Part shown: piece after piece, positions 10,048-22,026 of the stretch
Numbering within the stretch: the first letter of the stretch is position 1
How the letters are laid out: each line of letters starts with the position of its first letter
NCBI GenBank assembly: GCA_000146045.2
Contig: BK006943.2
Span: 512,001-576,000, forward strand
Source: TPA_inf: Saccharomyces
Lineage: Eukaryota
Length of the DNA stretch: 64,000 nucleotides
Reading direction: 5' to 3'
The notes under the pieces: generated by a model
The model's database searches: none
Seen by the model: only the letters and a program-made list of their open reading frames with translations
What the model was told of the DNA's origin: nothing
Translations under genes and position numbers: made by a program

Positions 10048-11862
10048 ATGAGTGGCACAGCTAATAGTAGGAGGAAGGAGGTTTTGCGCGTGCCTGTGAT
10101 AGATTTGAATAGAGTTTCAGATGAAGAGCAGCTGTTGCCGGTGGTGAGGGCAATTTTGCTACAGCATGACACCTTTCTGTTAAAAAATTATGCTAACAAG
10201 GCTGTTCTAGATGCACTACTAGCGGGGCTCACGACAAAGGACCTGCCTGACACGAGTCAAGGTTTTGATGCGAACTTTACGGGTACATTACCGCTAGAAG
10301 ATGATGTTTGGCTGGAGCAGTACATATTTGACACTGATCCTCAATTACGCTTCGATCGGAAGTGCAGGAATGAGTCACTGTGCTCCATATATAGTAGGCT
10401 GTTCAAACTGGGTCTGTTTTTCGCCCAACTGTGTGTGAAAAGTGTGGTTTCTAGCGCAGAATTGCAAGACTGTATCAGCACCTCTCATTATGCGACTAAG
10501 CTGACCCGTTATTTCAATGATAATGGTAGTACACACGATGGTGCAGATGCAGGTGCTACCGTGCTGCCCACTGGCGACGATTTCCAGTACCTGTTTGAAA
10601 GGGACTATGTTACTTTTCTTCCGACGGGCGTGTTGACCATCTTCCCCTGTGCCAAGGCTATAAGGTACAAGCCATCGACTATGGCGACGACGGACAATTC
10701 TTGGGTGAGTATTGATGAACCCGATTGTCTTCTGTTCCACACGGGGACCCTCCTTGCGCGCTGGTCTCAAGGTATGCACACTACCTCACCACTCCAGATA
10801 GATCCTCGTGCGAACATTGTTTCGTTGACCATCTGGCCTCCACTTACTACGCCAATCTCGAGTAAAGGAGAGGGTACGATTGCCAATCATTTGTTGGAGC
10901 AACAAATTAAGGCTTTCCCAAAAGTCGCTCAGCAATACTACCCACGGGAGCTTAGTATTCTAAGACTCCAAGACGCAATGAAGTTTGTTAAGGAGTTGTT
11001 TACTGTTTGCGAGACTGTATTGTCTTTAAACGCTCTTTCCAGATCCACGGGCGTCCCACCAGAGCTGCACGTTTTGTTACCCCAGATATCCAGCATGATG
11101 AAAAGGAAAATAGTGCAGGATGATATTTTGAAGTTATTGACCATTTGGTCTGATGCATACGTAGTGGAACTGAACTCTAGAGGGGAGCTGACCATGAATC
11201 TACCCAAAAGAGACAATCTAACAACGTTGACCAATAAGTCTAGGACTTTGGCATTCGTGGAAAGGGCAGAGTCGTGGTACCAACAAGTGATAGCTTCCAA
11301 GGATGAGATTATGACTGATGTACCCGCTTTCAAAATAAATAAAAGAAGGTCCAGCTCTAATTCTAAAACAGTCTTGAGCAGTAAAGTGCAAACGAAGAGC
11401 TCTAATGCTAATGCCTTGAATAACTCAAGATATTTGGCGAATAGTAAGGAAAATTTCATGTACAAAGAGAAGATGCCTGATTCGCAAGCAAACCTTATGG
11501 ACAGACTGCGTGAAAGAGAGAGACGTTCGGCCGCATTGCTTTCTCAAAGGCAAAAACGTTACCAGCAGTTTCTAGCGATGAAAATGACTCAGGTATTTGA
11601 TATTCTTTTTTCGCTGACCAGGGGCCAGCCTTATACAGAGACATATCTAAGCTCGCTAATCGTAGATAGTTTACAAGATAGTAATAATCCTATCGGTACA
11701 AAAGAAGCAAGTGAAATTTTAGCTGGGCTACAAGGTATCCTACCAATGGACATATCTGTTCATCAAGTGGATGGTGGGTTAAAAGTTTATAGATGGAACA
11801 GTTTGGATAAAAACAGATTTTCTAAGCTGTTGCAAATCCACAAATCAAAACAACAAGATTGA
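10048..11862 (+). CDS. TAH11: Cdt1 orthologue (pre-RC loading factor Tah11/Cdt1), 604 aa
   Basis: 604-aa ORF with an ATG start. Its length and its position between SSC1 and tS(AGA)/ANB1 match YJR046W. Confidence 0.85.
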   Translation: MSGTANSRRKEVLRVPVIDLNRVSDEEQLLPVVRAILLQHDTFLLKNYANKAVLDALLAGLTTKDLPDTSQGFDANFTGTLPLEDDVWLEQYIFDTDPQLRFDRKCRNESLCSIYSRLFKLGLFFAQLCVKSVVSSAELQDCISTSHYATKLTRYFNDNGSTHDGADAGATVLPTGDDFQYLFERDYVTFLPTGVLTIFPCAKAIRYKPSTMATTDNSWVSIDEPDCLLFHTGTLLARWSQGMHTTSPLQIDPRANIVSLTIWPPLTTPISSKGEGTIANHLLEQQIKAFPKVAQQYYPRELSILRLQDAMKFVKELFTVCETVLSLNALSRSTGVPPELHVLLPQISSMMKRKIVQDDILKLLTIWSDAYVVELNSRGELTMNLPKRDNLTTLTNKSRTLAFVERAESWYQQVIASKDEIMTDVPAFKINKRRSSSNSKTVLSSKVQTKSSNANALNNSRYLANSKENFMYKEKMPDSQANLMDRLRERERRSAALLSQRQKRYQQFLAMKMTQVFDILFSLTRGQPYTETYLSSLIVDSLQDSNNPIGTKEASEILAGLQGILPMDISVHQVDGGLKVYRWNSLDKNRFSKLLQIHKSKQQD

Positions 11863-12011
11863 AGAATATTTTTAGATATAAGGTAGAATACGTACATTTA
11901 CGGTAAAAAAAAAAAAAAAAGAAAAAAAATTGATCTTGATACATACGTTGGTATTTTACTTTGAAGACTGTGCATTGTGTATGTACGAAAAGAAAGGGAA
12001 ATAAAAAATAA

Positions 12012-12093
12012 CGACAACTGCAGGACTCGAACCTGCGCGGGCAAAGCCCAAAAGATTTCTAATCTTTCGCCTTAACCACTCGGCCAAGTTGCC
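12012..12093 (-). tRNA. tRNA-Ser (AGA), 82 nt with a long variable arm
   Basis: Reverse complement GGCAACTTGGCCGAGTGGTTAAGGCGAAAGATTAGAAATCTTT...GGTTCGAGTCCTGCAGTTGTCG. The anticodon loop tTAGAAa gives AGA. It is a class II tRNA with a T-run terminator. Confidence 0.9.
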
Positions 12094-12907
12094 TTTAATC
12101 TCTTGAGTTTGTTTAAGGACAACACTGTCCACCTGGCATGGGAATATTACCATTATTCCAGATTCGGGCTTGTTATTAGGACTTTTTACCAGCTTGATTT
12201 ACCGGTCATTACTTATCCTACACATCATACATCACAACTACACTTGGTGAAGAAATCACAGAGCCTTGGATTTGTAACAATTATATGTTTACGCAATTTA
12301 TCTTGGGAAAGCAGGGCCTCATTTGTGGACATAGCACGGTCTGTCACCCTCGTCGTGCAAAAAATATTTTGACTTCTACTCTTTTTGAAGTTTCGTTGAT
12401 CGGGTCCCTTCCAAGGAAAAGTCGAATGCTGTCACTGCGCATATAAAGGCGAGAACGATAGTGACTGTGATATTAAGTTATTGTCATCATATAAGTAATT
12501 TTTTCTCTGATATCTGTAGCCCTAGTTTTTAATATTTTCGTAAAATGCTCAAAAAAATTTCTGTTTAAATTCTTCTGGGGTATATACACATGTTCCCGTC
12601 AGCTAAATTAAAAAGAAGAAGGAACCGAAAGAAGGCAAATTATAAAGTAATCATCCTCGGCATATTGAGGGGAAAATATCCGTCAAAAAAAAAAGTTCTG
12701 CACGTCGTCATAAGTGACTATGGTATCAAACACCAATTAACACGAACGTAGCGATAATGAAGGCAACTTCGTAGCTGAAACAGAACGAAGTTAGTTAGGA
12801 TGAATAATTATGATTATGATTATTATAATATTATATAAAATGTATAAATAAGATTTCTAGATCAAAAAAACATCGCGTATTTTGTAAGCTATAGAAATCT
12901 AAAATAT

Positions 12908-13381
12908 CTAATCAGATCTTGGAGCTTCCTTGAAGGAGATGGCAGCTTCTTCACCCATGGCAGAAATGATAGTGACCATCAAATCCTTACCTTCATCGAA
13001 AGCAGCTTGCATGCTGTCACCCAATTCACCTTCTGGTGCCTTGACATCGTCTTTGGTTTCACCGTCCATGGTCATCAAGGACAAGTAGCCATCATCAATA
13101 TCCAACAATTGGTATTCGCTTCTCTTGACAAATGGAACTTCCAAGTTGTGAGTGGATGGAGACAAATCTTCCAACTTCTTACCAGTGAAGATATCAAGGG
13201 TAACCAAATGGACCTTGGCGTGACCGTGCTTACCGGTCTTGGAAGTGGACATGTCGACAATCTTACATGGTCTACCTTTGATGACAACGAAACCATTCTT
13301 TCTCAAGGCAGAACATTGCATTGGGTAGGTGGCGGAGGCACCAGCGTCAGCATTTTCAAAGGTGTGTTCTTCGTCAGACAT
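12908..13381 (-). CDS. ANB1: eIF5A, hypoxic isoform (hypusine-containing translation factor), 157 aa
   Basis: [57 protein letters not shown] is the eIF5A hypusine-loop sequence. It is 157 aa. It sits immediately upstream of and divergent from CYC1, the classical ANB1 location. Confidence 0.93.
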   Translation of the reverse strand: MSDEEHTFENADAGASATYPMQCSALRKNGFVVIKGRPCKIVDMSTSKTGKHGHAKVHLVTLDIFTGKKLEDLSPSTHNLEVPFVKRSEYQLLDIDDGYLSLMTMDGETKDDVKAPEGELGDSMQAAFDEGKDLMVTIISAMGEEAAISFKEAPRSD

Positions 13382-13565
13382 GTTTTAGTGTGTGAATGAA
13401 ATAGGTGTATGTTTTCTTTTTGCTAGACAATAATTAGGAACAAGGTAAGGGAACTAAAGTGTAGAATAAGATTAAAAAAGAAGAACAAGTTGAAAAGGCA
13501 AGTTGAAATTTCAAGAAAAAAGTCAATTGAAGTACAGTAAATTGACCTGAATATATCTGAGTTCC

Positions 13566-13694
13566 GACAACAATGAGTTTACCAAAGAGAACAATGGAAT
13601 AGGAAACTTTGAACGAAGAAAGGAAAGCAGGAAAGGAAAAAATTTTTAGGCTCGAGAACAATAGGGCGAAAAAACAGGCAACGAACGAACAATG
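13566..13694 (-). promoter_or_regulatory. Cluster of Rox1 operator-type sites (YYYATTGTTCTC on the ANB1 strand) in the ANB1 promoter
   Basis: On the plus strand there is GAGAACAAT at 13587-13595 and again at 13654-13662. The reverse complement of each is ATTGTTCTC. There are weaker copies, gacaacaatgag at 13566-13577 and cgaacaatgg at 13686-13694. Hypoxic repression of ANB1 by Rox1 through paired operators is established. Confidence 0.65.
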
Positions 13695-13850
13695 GAAAAA
13701 CGAAAAAAAAAAAAAAAAACACAGAAAAGAATGCAGAAAGATGTCAACTGAAAAAAAAAAAGGTGAACACAGGAAAAAAAATAAAAAAAAAAAAAAAAAA
13801 AGGAGGACGAAACAAAAAAGTGAAAAAAAATGAAAATTTTTTTGGAAAAC
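13690..13850. repeat. Poly(dA:dT)-rich tract with A17 (13703-13719), A11 (13751-13761) and A19 (13783-13801) homopolymers, between the ANB1 and CYC1 promoters
   Basis: Direct inspection. It produces spurious Phe-rich and Lys-rich ORFs in the six-frame track. Confidence 0.9.
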
Positions 13851-13993
13851 CAAGAAATGAATTATATTTCCGTGTGAGACGACATCGTCGAATATGATTC
13901 AGGGTAACAGTATTGATGTAATCAATTTCCTACCTGAATCTAAAATTCCCGGGAGCAAGATCAAGATGTTTTCACCGATCTTTCCGGTCTCTT

Positions 13994-14020
13994 TGGCCGG
14001 GGTTTACGGACGATGGCAGA
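13994..14020 (+). promoter_or_regulatory. CYC1 UAS1, Hap1 (heme activator) binding region
   Basis: The sequence tggCCGGGGTTTACGGACGATGgcag contains a CGG-N6-CGG Hap1-type site. This matches the published CYC1 UAS1 region, ~330 bp upstream of the CYC1 ATG. Confidence 0.6.
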
Positions 14021-14051
14021 AGACCAAAGCGCCAGTTCATTTGGCGAGCGT

Positions 14052-14059
14052 TGGTTGGT
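14052..14059 (+). promoter_or_regulatory. CYC1 UAS2, a CCAAT-like element bound by Hap2/3/4/5 (TGGTTGGT)
   Basis: TGGTTGGT is the wild-type UAS2 core (the UP1 mutant form is TGATTGGT). It lies ~280 bp upstream of the ATG, downstream of UAS1 as in the literature. Confidence 0.6.
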
Positions 14060-14107
14060 GGATCAAGCCCACGCGTAGGCAATCCTCGAGCAGATCCGCC
14101 AGGCGTG

Positions 14108-14218
14108 TATATATAGCGTGGATGGCCAGGCAACTTTAGTGCTGACACATACAGGCATATATATATGTGTGCGACGACACATGATCATATGGCATGCATG
14201 TGCTCTGTATGTATATAA
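14108..14218 (+). promoter_or_regulatory. CYC1 TATA elements (TATATATA at 14108-14115, ATATATATAT at 14157-14166, TATATAAA at 14211-14218) and the start of the leader
   Basis: Multiple TATA motifs lie 120-230 bp upstream of the ATG. They are followed by the familiar CYC1 leader acacaaacacaaatacacacactaaattaataATG. Confidence 0.55.
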
Positions 14219-14244
14219 AACTCTTGTTTTCTTCTTTTCTCTAA

Positions 14245-14664
<420 letters not shown>

Positions 14665-14940
14665 ACAGGCCCCTTTTCCTTTGTCGATATCATGTAATTA
14701 GTTATGTCACGCTTACATTCACGCCCTCCTCCCACATCCGCTCTAACCGAAAAGGAAGGAGTTAGACAACCTGAAGTCTAGGTCCCTATTTATTTTTTTT
14801 AATAGTTATGTTAGTATTAAGAACGTTATTTATATTTCAAATTTTTCTTTTTTTTCTGTACAAACGCGTGTACGCATGTAACATTATACTGAAAACCTTG
14901 CTTGAGAAGGTTTTGGGACGCTCGAAGGCTTTAATTTGCA
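14665..14940 (+). terminator. CYC1 3' UTR / transcription terminator, the ~250-bp fragment widely used in expression vectors. It overlaps the 3' end of the convergent UTR1 ORF.
   Basis: The sequence tcatgtaattagttatgtcacgcttacattcacgccctcc...tttctgtacaaacgcgtgtacgcatgtaacattatactgaaaaccttgcttgagaaggttttgggacgctcgaaggctttaatttgc is recognisable as the CYC1 terminator, including its internal MluI ACGCGT site. Confidence 0.8.
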
Positions 14941-16476
14941 AGCTTCGCAGTTTACACTCTCATCGTCGCTCTCATCATCGCTTCCGTTGTTGTTTTCCTT
15001 AGTAGCGTCTGCTTCCAGAGAGTATTTATCTCTTATTACCTCTAAAGGTTCTGCTTGATTTCTGACTTTGTTCGCCTCATGTGCATATTTTTCTTGGTTC
15101 TTTTGGGACAAAATATGCGTAAAGGACTTTTGTTGTTCCCTCACATTCCAGTTTAGTTGTCGACTGATACTGTTAATAAACTCATCGGGCGAGGCTTCCA
15201 CGGTTGGAAAAGCATATGGGCTGGCGCATATGGTTATAAAATCACCTTTTTGCAATTCAATTCTATCTTTCCCATCAAAAGCCGCCCATGCTGGAGCCCT
15301 TGACTTCATCGAGACTTTCACTTTTAAATTTATACTTTCTGGTAAGATGATGGGTCTGAAACTCAATGCATGTGGACAAATGGGTGTTAAAGCGATTGCA
15401 TTGACGGTTGGGCATACCAATGACCCACCTGCACTCAAAGAATAGGCCGTGGACCCAGTCGGAGTAGCAGCAATCAGTCCGTCCGCCTGCGCAACGGTCA
15501 TTAATGAGCCGTCACCATACAATTCTAACATGGATAGAAAAGGACTTGGACCACGATCGATGGTCACTTCGTTCAAAATGTGGTGTGTGCTTAGTTTTTC
15601 CACCACACATATTTTCTTCCCCGTGTTTGGGTCTACTTCAGGGCGGTGTCTACGATAAATTGTGCACTCCAACCTCAACCGTAAATTTGTCTTGATTTTA
15701 TGATTCATAATCCGAGGTAAATCCTCCCTGAAATGTTCAAACTTAAAATTTGTTAAAAATCCTAGAGACCCTAATGAAAACGACATAACGGGTGGTACAT
15801 GTCTCTGAAAAATGGAACTTACAAAAAGAACAGTACCGTCGCCACCCAAAGTCACTACCAAATCGAAGAAAACATCATGTTCCCTGATGAAATCCTTTGT
15901 CCAATACTTGATCCTTGATTCTCTACATTTACTATCTTCACATAACTCGCCAGCGGCAAATTTTTTGCTGTTTTTCAATTCGGAATCCACATAAACAGTC
16001 ACACGTGGAAAATGTACCAAAACCCATTCTACCAACTCTCTTGTTAAGAAATACAGTGAGACATCGTTGAGTTTCGTAACAATCATCAAATTTTCCACAT
16101 CCAGTTCCACTTTGGTATTAGATATATCTTTACTCAACATTCTTACACCATACGCCGTGGAGGCATACTGAAAGTGTGTATTACTACTCTTAGAACTTCC
16201 TCTTGTTCCGTTAATGCTCGTACCACCGCCACTGTTTGCATTGCCGTTCACGAGAGATGAATCTTTATTCAACAGGGAGCTTCTGCGCGAGCTGCTTTCA
16301 CTTGATATTTTCCTCAACATTTCTTTGGCGTTGTCGATATCCTGAGTTCTATCAATTTGCTCATTGTTCATCATGGCCTTCTTCATCAAGTTATTATTGT
16401 TGTTATGATGATCATTTCGACCATCTTCCTCATTTACCCATTTATCTACGCCATTATTCATGTCATTCTCCTTCAT
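14884..16476 (-). CDS. UTR1: ATP-NADH kinase Utr1, 530 aa
   Basis: 530-aa ORF with NAD-kinase motifs (GGDGT, the DGxxxATPTGSTAYS-like PTGSTAYSLSAGG). It is convergent with CYC1. The length is exact. Confidence 0.93.
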   Translation of the reverse strand: MKENDMNNGVDKWVNEEDGRNDHHNNNNNLMKKAMMNNEQIDRTQDIDNAKEMLRKISSESSSRRSSLLNKDSSLVNGNANSGGGTSINGTRGSSKSSNTHFQYASTAYGVRMLSKDISNTKVELDVENLMIVTKLNDVSLYFLTRELVEWVLVHFPRVTVYVDSELKNSKKFAAGELCEDSKCRESRIKYWTKDFIREHDVFFDLVVTLGGDGTVLFVSSIFQRHVPPVMSFSLGSLGFLTNFKFEHFREDLPRIMNHKIKTNLRLRLECTIYRRHRPEVDPNTGKKICVVEKLSTHHILNEVTIDRGPSPFLSMLELYGDGSLMTVAQADGLIAATPTGSTAYSLSAGGSLVCPTVNAIALTPICPHALSFRPIILPESINLKVKVSMKSRAPAWAAFDGKDRIELQKGDFITICASPYAFPTVEASPDEFINSISRQLNWNVREQQKSFTHILSQKNQEKYAHEANKVRNQAEPLEVIRDKYSLEADATKENNNGSDDESDDESVNCEACKLKPSSVPKPSQARFSV

Positions 16477-16696
16477 CTCAAGAGCTTTTACTCTACTTAT
16501 TTAGGGAGCCTATTGTATTTTTTTTTGGCTTACGATCACGATGTCAATGATCATTTGCCCTATTATACCTTTTTCTCCGTTCTCTTTGCGTAGTGCGGTG
16601 AAATAATTTCAGGATGCATGAAAGAGCAAATAAAAGTGACACACCGTTATATCGCAAGGCGCACCACATCAGTAATCAGATACCTGTGCATTCAAA

Positions 16697-17404
16697 ATGA
16701 GTAGAAATGTAGATAAGGCCAACTCAGTTCTGGTACGATTTCAAGAGCAGCAAGCAGAGTCGGCAGGTGGATACAAGGATTATTCACGTTACCAGAGGCC
16801 CAGGAACGTGTCTAAGGTAAAATCCATAAAAGAGGCCAACGAATGGAAGCGACAAGTAAGTAAAGAGATAAAACAAAAAAGCACAAGAATATATGATCCG
16901 TCTTTAAATGAAATGCAGATTGCGGAACTTAACGACGAACTTAATAATCTTTTCAAAGAATGGAAGAGATGGCAGTGGCACATTGACCATACACTTATGG
17001 AAAAAAAAACCAAGAGGAAAAGGTTAGAAGACAGTCATGTGCTGATGAATTCAGGAAAGCTGATAAATGGTAAGAGATATTTTGGAAGAGCCCTGGAATT
17101 GCCTGAAGTAAAAGAATGGCTCAAGCAGTCTCAAAGGCAGAATGATGGGGGTTCTATAAACACCAAATGCATACCGAAGGATAGAAATGATTTTTATTAC
17201 CATGGCAAAGTCACAGCCGCCTTAACCGAATTTGAGGCTAACTGGACATCCATTTTGAAAGCACATTATAATGTGCCTGTGAATGAAGATGAAGAAGAAA
17301 TGTCAAGGCAGACACAAGAAATCCATGTACCAACTCTGGCAGATATGGAGCATTGGTTAGTGCAAAGAAGAAAAAAGAAACTAATGGATGAACTTAACCT
17401 TTAG
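16697..17404 (+). CDS. ISY1: NineTeen-complex splicing factor Isy1, 235 aa
   Basis: MSRNVDKANSVLVRFQEQQAE is the conserved Isy1 N-terminus. Length is 235 aa. Confidence 0.9.
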   Translation: MSRNVDKANSVLVRFQEQQAESAGGYKDYSRYQRPRNVSKVKSIKEANEWKRQVSKEIKQKSTRIYDPSLNEMQIAELNDELNNLFKEWKRWQWHIDHTLMEKKTKRKRLEDSHVLMNSGKLINGKRYFGRALELPEVKEWLKQSQRQNDGGSINTKCIPKDRNDFYYHGKVTAALTEFEANWTSILKAHYNVPVNEDEEEMSRQTQEIHVPTLADMEHWLVQRRKKKLMDELNL

Positions 17405-17833
17405 CTATGGAAAATTATTCAAACATTTAGAAGAGGCACTATTTCGAATGACCATCACAAGCATTATAATCTTCAAACATGTCCGAGCTGCAGATATGAA
17501 GTAAAATAGTGATCGGGACTCATTTTTTTTTCTTCTATGATATCATATTGTCCCGTTCGTTATTAAATGTAATTCTTCCACCGTACTAGTTATCGAAGGC
17601 AAGATCTCCTTTTTACGCTTAGGTAGATTACATAGATTTCATAATGTACACCAATACAAATGTATCTTATACACTCGTCAAATCTTATATGAATCATGCA
17701 GGAGTAGCTCTCGTTTTCTTTTTACGAGCTACTTGAAAAAAAAAAACTAGCGAAAATCCTTTGCTTAGAAATCCAGATTTAAAACAAAACCGCCGAAAAG
17801 GGAAAGATTTTATGATAGGAAATACCTTAATAA

Positions 17834-19366
<1,533 letters not shown>

Positions 19367-19827
19367 GAATTTATAGGGAAATAAAAGATATTTTTGCAAC
19401 GTACTTTACATTTCAATAATTAATGCGACATGATAGGATATACTGTTTGCTATTTCTTTCCGTAACGATATACGATTTTTTCTTTTCTTTGGAGTTCCAA
19501 ATGAAGAATATATCTTGTTGGGAAAAGCTATAGTATTAGGTTTACAGAATATGGTAGAGGTTTCTCCCCGACGATATAGGAATCTACAAGAGAGAGCATG
19601 ATTCTACACGATAATACTGCAATTTCTTCTTTGCGTTGAAGTGTCACCATTGCCTATCCTTTTACATTATCAATGTCAATGTTCCCTCTTCTAACAAACT
19701 GAATGACTTTTCTACACGATTCATATTATCTTCTTGCGCAGTAAATTATGTTAACGTAATAGTAGGGTCTCTTGTGCTTCATTATTTTGTAACTGTACAC
19801 ATAATTGACACGTTTAACAATTAGTGA

Positions 19828-19898
19828 GCGCAAGTGGTTTAGTGGTAAAATCCAACGTTGCCATCGTTGGGCCCCCGGTTCGATTCCGGGCTTGCGCA
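19828..19898 (+). tRNA. tRNA-Gly (GCC), 71 nt
   Basis: GCGCAAGTGGTTTAGTGGTAAAATCCAACGTTGCCATCGTTGGGCCCCCGGTTCGATTCCGGGCTTGCGCA is followed by a T-rich terminator (gtttcttttctttttttc). Confidence 0.93.
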
Positions 19899-20061
19899 GT
19901 TTCTTTTCTTTTTTTCTGGAAAATAAGAAAACTTATTTATGGAAGCAAAAATGGAATAAAGGATTGGGACGAAGTTAGTGAAAAAAAACTGAAATAGTCC
20001 TAGAGTAACTCCGAAGTGTCTTTGTATAAGCTATTATCTAGAAATCACGAGAGGGGAAGAA

Positions 20062-21759
20062 ATGTATCGCAGTAGAAACCGACCAAAAAGAGGTGGAGAA
20101 AATGAAGTTAAGGGACCAAATTCTGCCTTGACTCAATTTTTAAGAGAAGAAGGGATCAGTGCTGAAAATATCAAACAAAAATGGTACCAGCGACAGTCGA
20201 AGAAGCAAGAAGATGCAACAGACGAAAAAAAAGGTAAAGCGGAGGATGATAGCTTTACTGCCGAGATATCTCGAGTAGTTGAAGATGAAGAAATTGATGA
20301 AATTGGAACAGGTAGTGGTACCGAGACAGAAAGAGCTCAGGTTTCCTACGATGCCAGGATGAAATTAGTCCCTGCTGATAGTGATGAAGAAGAATATGAA
20401 ACTAGCCACATTTCTGACACGCCAGTCAGTTTAAGTTCGGCTAATGACCGGGAATCATTGACTAAAAAAAGGCAAAATACTGCAAAAATTATCCAAAATC
20501 GTCGCAGAAAGCGTAAAAGAGCAGCTGACCTATTGGATAGACGCGTCAACAAAGTATCCAGCTTACAAAGTCTTTGTATTACGAAAATTAGTGAAAATAT
20601 ATCCAAGTGGCAAAAAGAGGCTGATGAATCATCAAAGTTGGTATTTAACAAATTGAGAGATGTCCTTGGTGGCGTATCAACCGCTAATTTGAATAATTTG
20701 GCAAAAGCACTATCGAAGAATAGGGCCCTGAATGATCATACTCTGCAACTTTTCTTGAAGACAGATCTAAAAAGGTTAACTTTCAGCGATTGTTCTAAAA
20801 TTTCATTTGATGGTTACAAAACGCTAGCCATTTTTTCGCCACACCTAACCGAATTATCCCTACAAATGTGTGGGCAGTTGAACCATGAATCATTGCTTTA
20901 CATTGCTGAAAAGCTTCCGAACTTGAAATCACTGAATTTAGATGGACCATTTCTGATCAACGAGGACACATGGGAGAAGTTCTTTGTAATAATGAAAGGT
21001 AGATTAGAAGAGTTCCACATTTCTAATACGCACCGCTTCACCGACAAATCATTATCTAATTTATTGATCAACTGCGGTTCTACCTTGGTATCCTTAGGGT
21101 TATCCAGACTAGATTCTATATCAAATTACGCTTTATTACCGCAGTACCTAGTCAACGACGAATTTCACAGTCTCTGTATTGAATATCCATTCAATGAAGA
21201 GGATGTTAACGATGAGATCATCATAAATCTGCTAGGTCAAATCGGGCGCACGTTACGTAAATTGGTTTTGAATGGCTGTATTGACTTGACAGATTCAATG
21301 ATAATCAATGGTCTGACTGCATTCATTCCTGAGAAATGTCCATTGGAGGTATTGAGCTTGGAAGAATCAGATCAGATCACTACAGATTCACTGTCGTACT
21401 TTTTCAGCAAAGTAGAACTGAATAATTTGATTGAATGCAGCTTTAGAAGATGTCTACAATTGGGCGATATGGCAATTATAGAGCTATTGCTTAACGGAGC
21501 AAGAGATAGTCTGAGAAGCTTAAATCTCAATTCATTAAAAGAGCTAACTAAGGAGGCATTTGTGGCGTTAGCCTGTCCTAATCTGACGTATCTTGATCTT
21601 GGTTTTGTACGTTGTGTTGATGACTCGGTGATTCAAATGTTGGGTGAGCAAAATCCGAATTTAACTGTAATTGATGTTTTCGGAGACAATTTGGTTACTG
21701 AAAAGGCCACAATGAGGCCTGGACTTACGTTGATAGGGAGACAGAGTGACAGTATATAA
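20062..21759 (+). CDS. RAD7: Nucleotide-excision-repair protein Rad7 (leucine-rich repeats, GG-NER), 565 aa
   Basis: 565-aa ORF with a basic/acidic N-terminus and LRR-type repeats in the C-terminal two-thirds. The length is exact. Confidence 0.9.
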   Translation: MYRSRNRPKRGGENEVKGPNSALTQFLREEGISAENIKQKWYQRQSKKQEDATDEKKGKAEDDSFTAEISRVVEDEEIDEIGTGSGTETERAQVSYDARMKLVPADSDEEEYETSHISDTPVSLSSANDRESLTKKRQNTAKIIQNRRRKRKRAADLLDRRVNKVSSLQSLCITKISENISKWQKEADESSKLVFNKLRDVLGGVSTANLNNLAKALSKNRALNDHTLQLFLKTDLKRLTFSDCSKISFDGYKTLAIFSPHLTELSLQMCGQLNHESLLYIAEKLPNLKSLNLDGPFLINEDTWEKFFVIMKGRLEEFHISNTHRFTDKSLSNLLINCGSTLVSLGLSRLDSISNYALLPQYLVNDEFHSLCIEYPFNEEDVNDEIIINLLGQIGRTLRKLVLNGCIDLTDSMIINGLTAFIPEKCPLEVLSLEESDQITTDSLSYFFSKVELNNLIECSFRRCLQLGDMAIIELLLNGARDSLRSLNLNSLKELTKEAFVALACPNLTYLDLGFVRCVDDSVIQMLGEQNPNLTVIDVFGDNLVTEKATMRPGLTLIGRQSDSI

Positions 21760-22026
21760 TAAAATAAAGACATATAAAACGTGTATTAGATAGAAAACGG
21801 AAAATTGACTAATGTTTTTATTCCTATTATACTCAGATCGTCAAATGTTGCCTTTATTTTCTATTGAAGGGATTTTATGGCATCTCGCGAATAATAAACA
21901 AACAATAATAGTAAAAAAAAAAGTGTAAACTTATGTATTCAGCGCAGATAAAAGGAAAAAAACGAGAAGTTTGACGTAAAGAAAAAAGTTCGAAAACTTT
22001 TGTAGCAGTTGAAAGTTTTGTATGCT

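Noticed and set aside
10375-11465. 134-aa and 175-aa minus-strand ORFs inside TAH11
   Set aside because: Fully nested antisense to a 604-aa gene of exact known length, with no motifs.
13434-13853. 139-aa Phe-rich minus-strand ORF and the overlapping 74-aa Lys-rich plus-strand ORF (13609-13833)
   Set aside because: Both are artefacts of reading through the poly(dA:dT) tract (TTT/AAA codons) in the ANB1-CYC1 intergenic region, with no plausible protein.
16236-16593. Two overlapping plus-strand ORFs (104 and 78 aa) across the UTR1 5' end
   Set aside because: Antisense to the UTR1 N-terminal Asn/His-rich low-complexity region, with no support.
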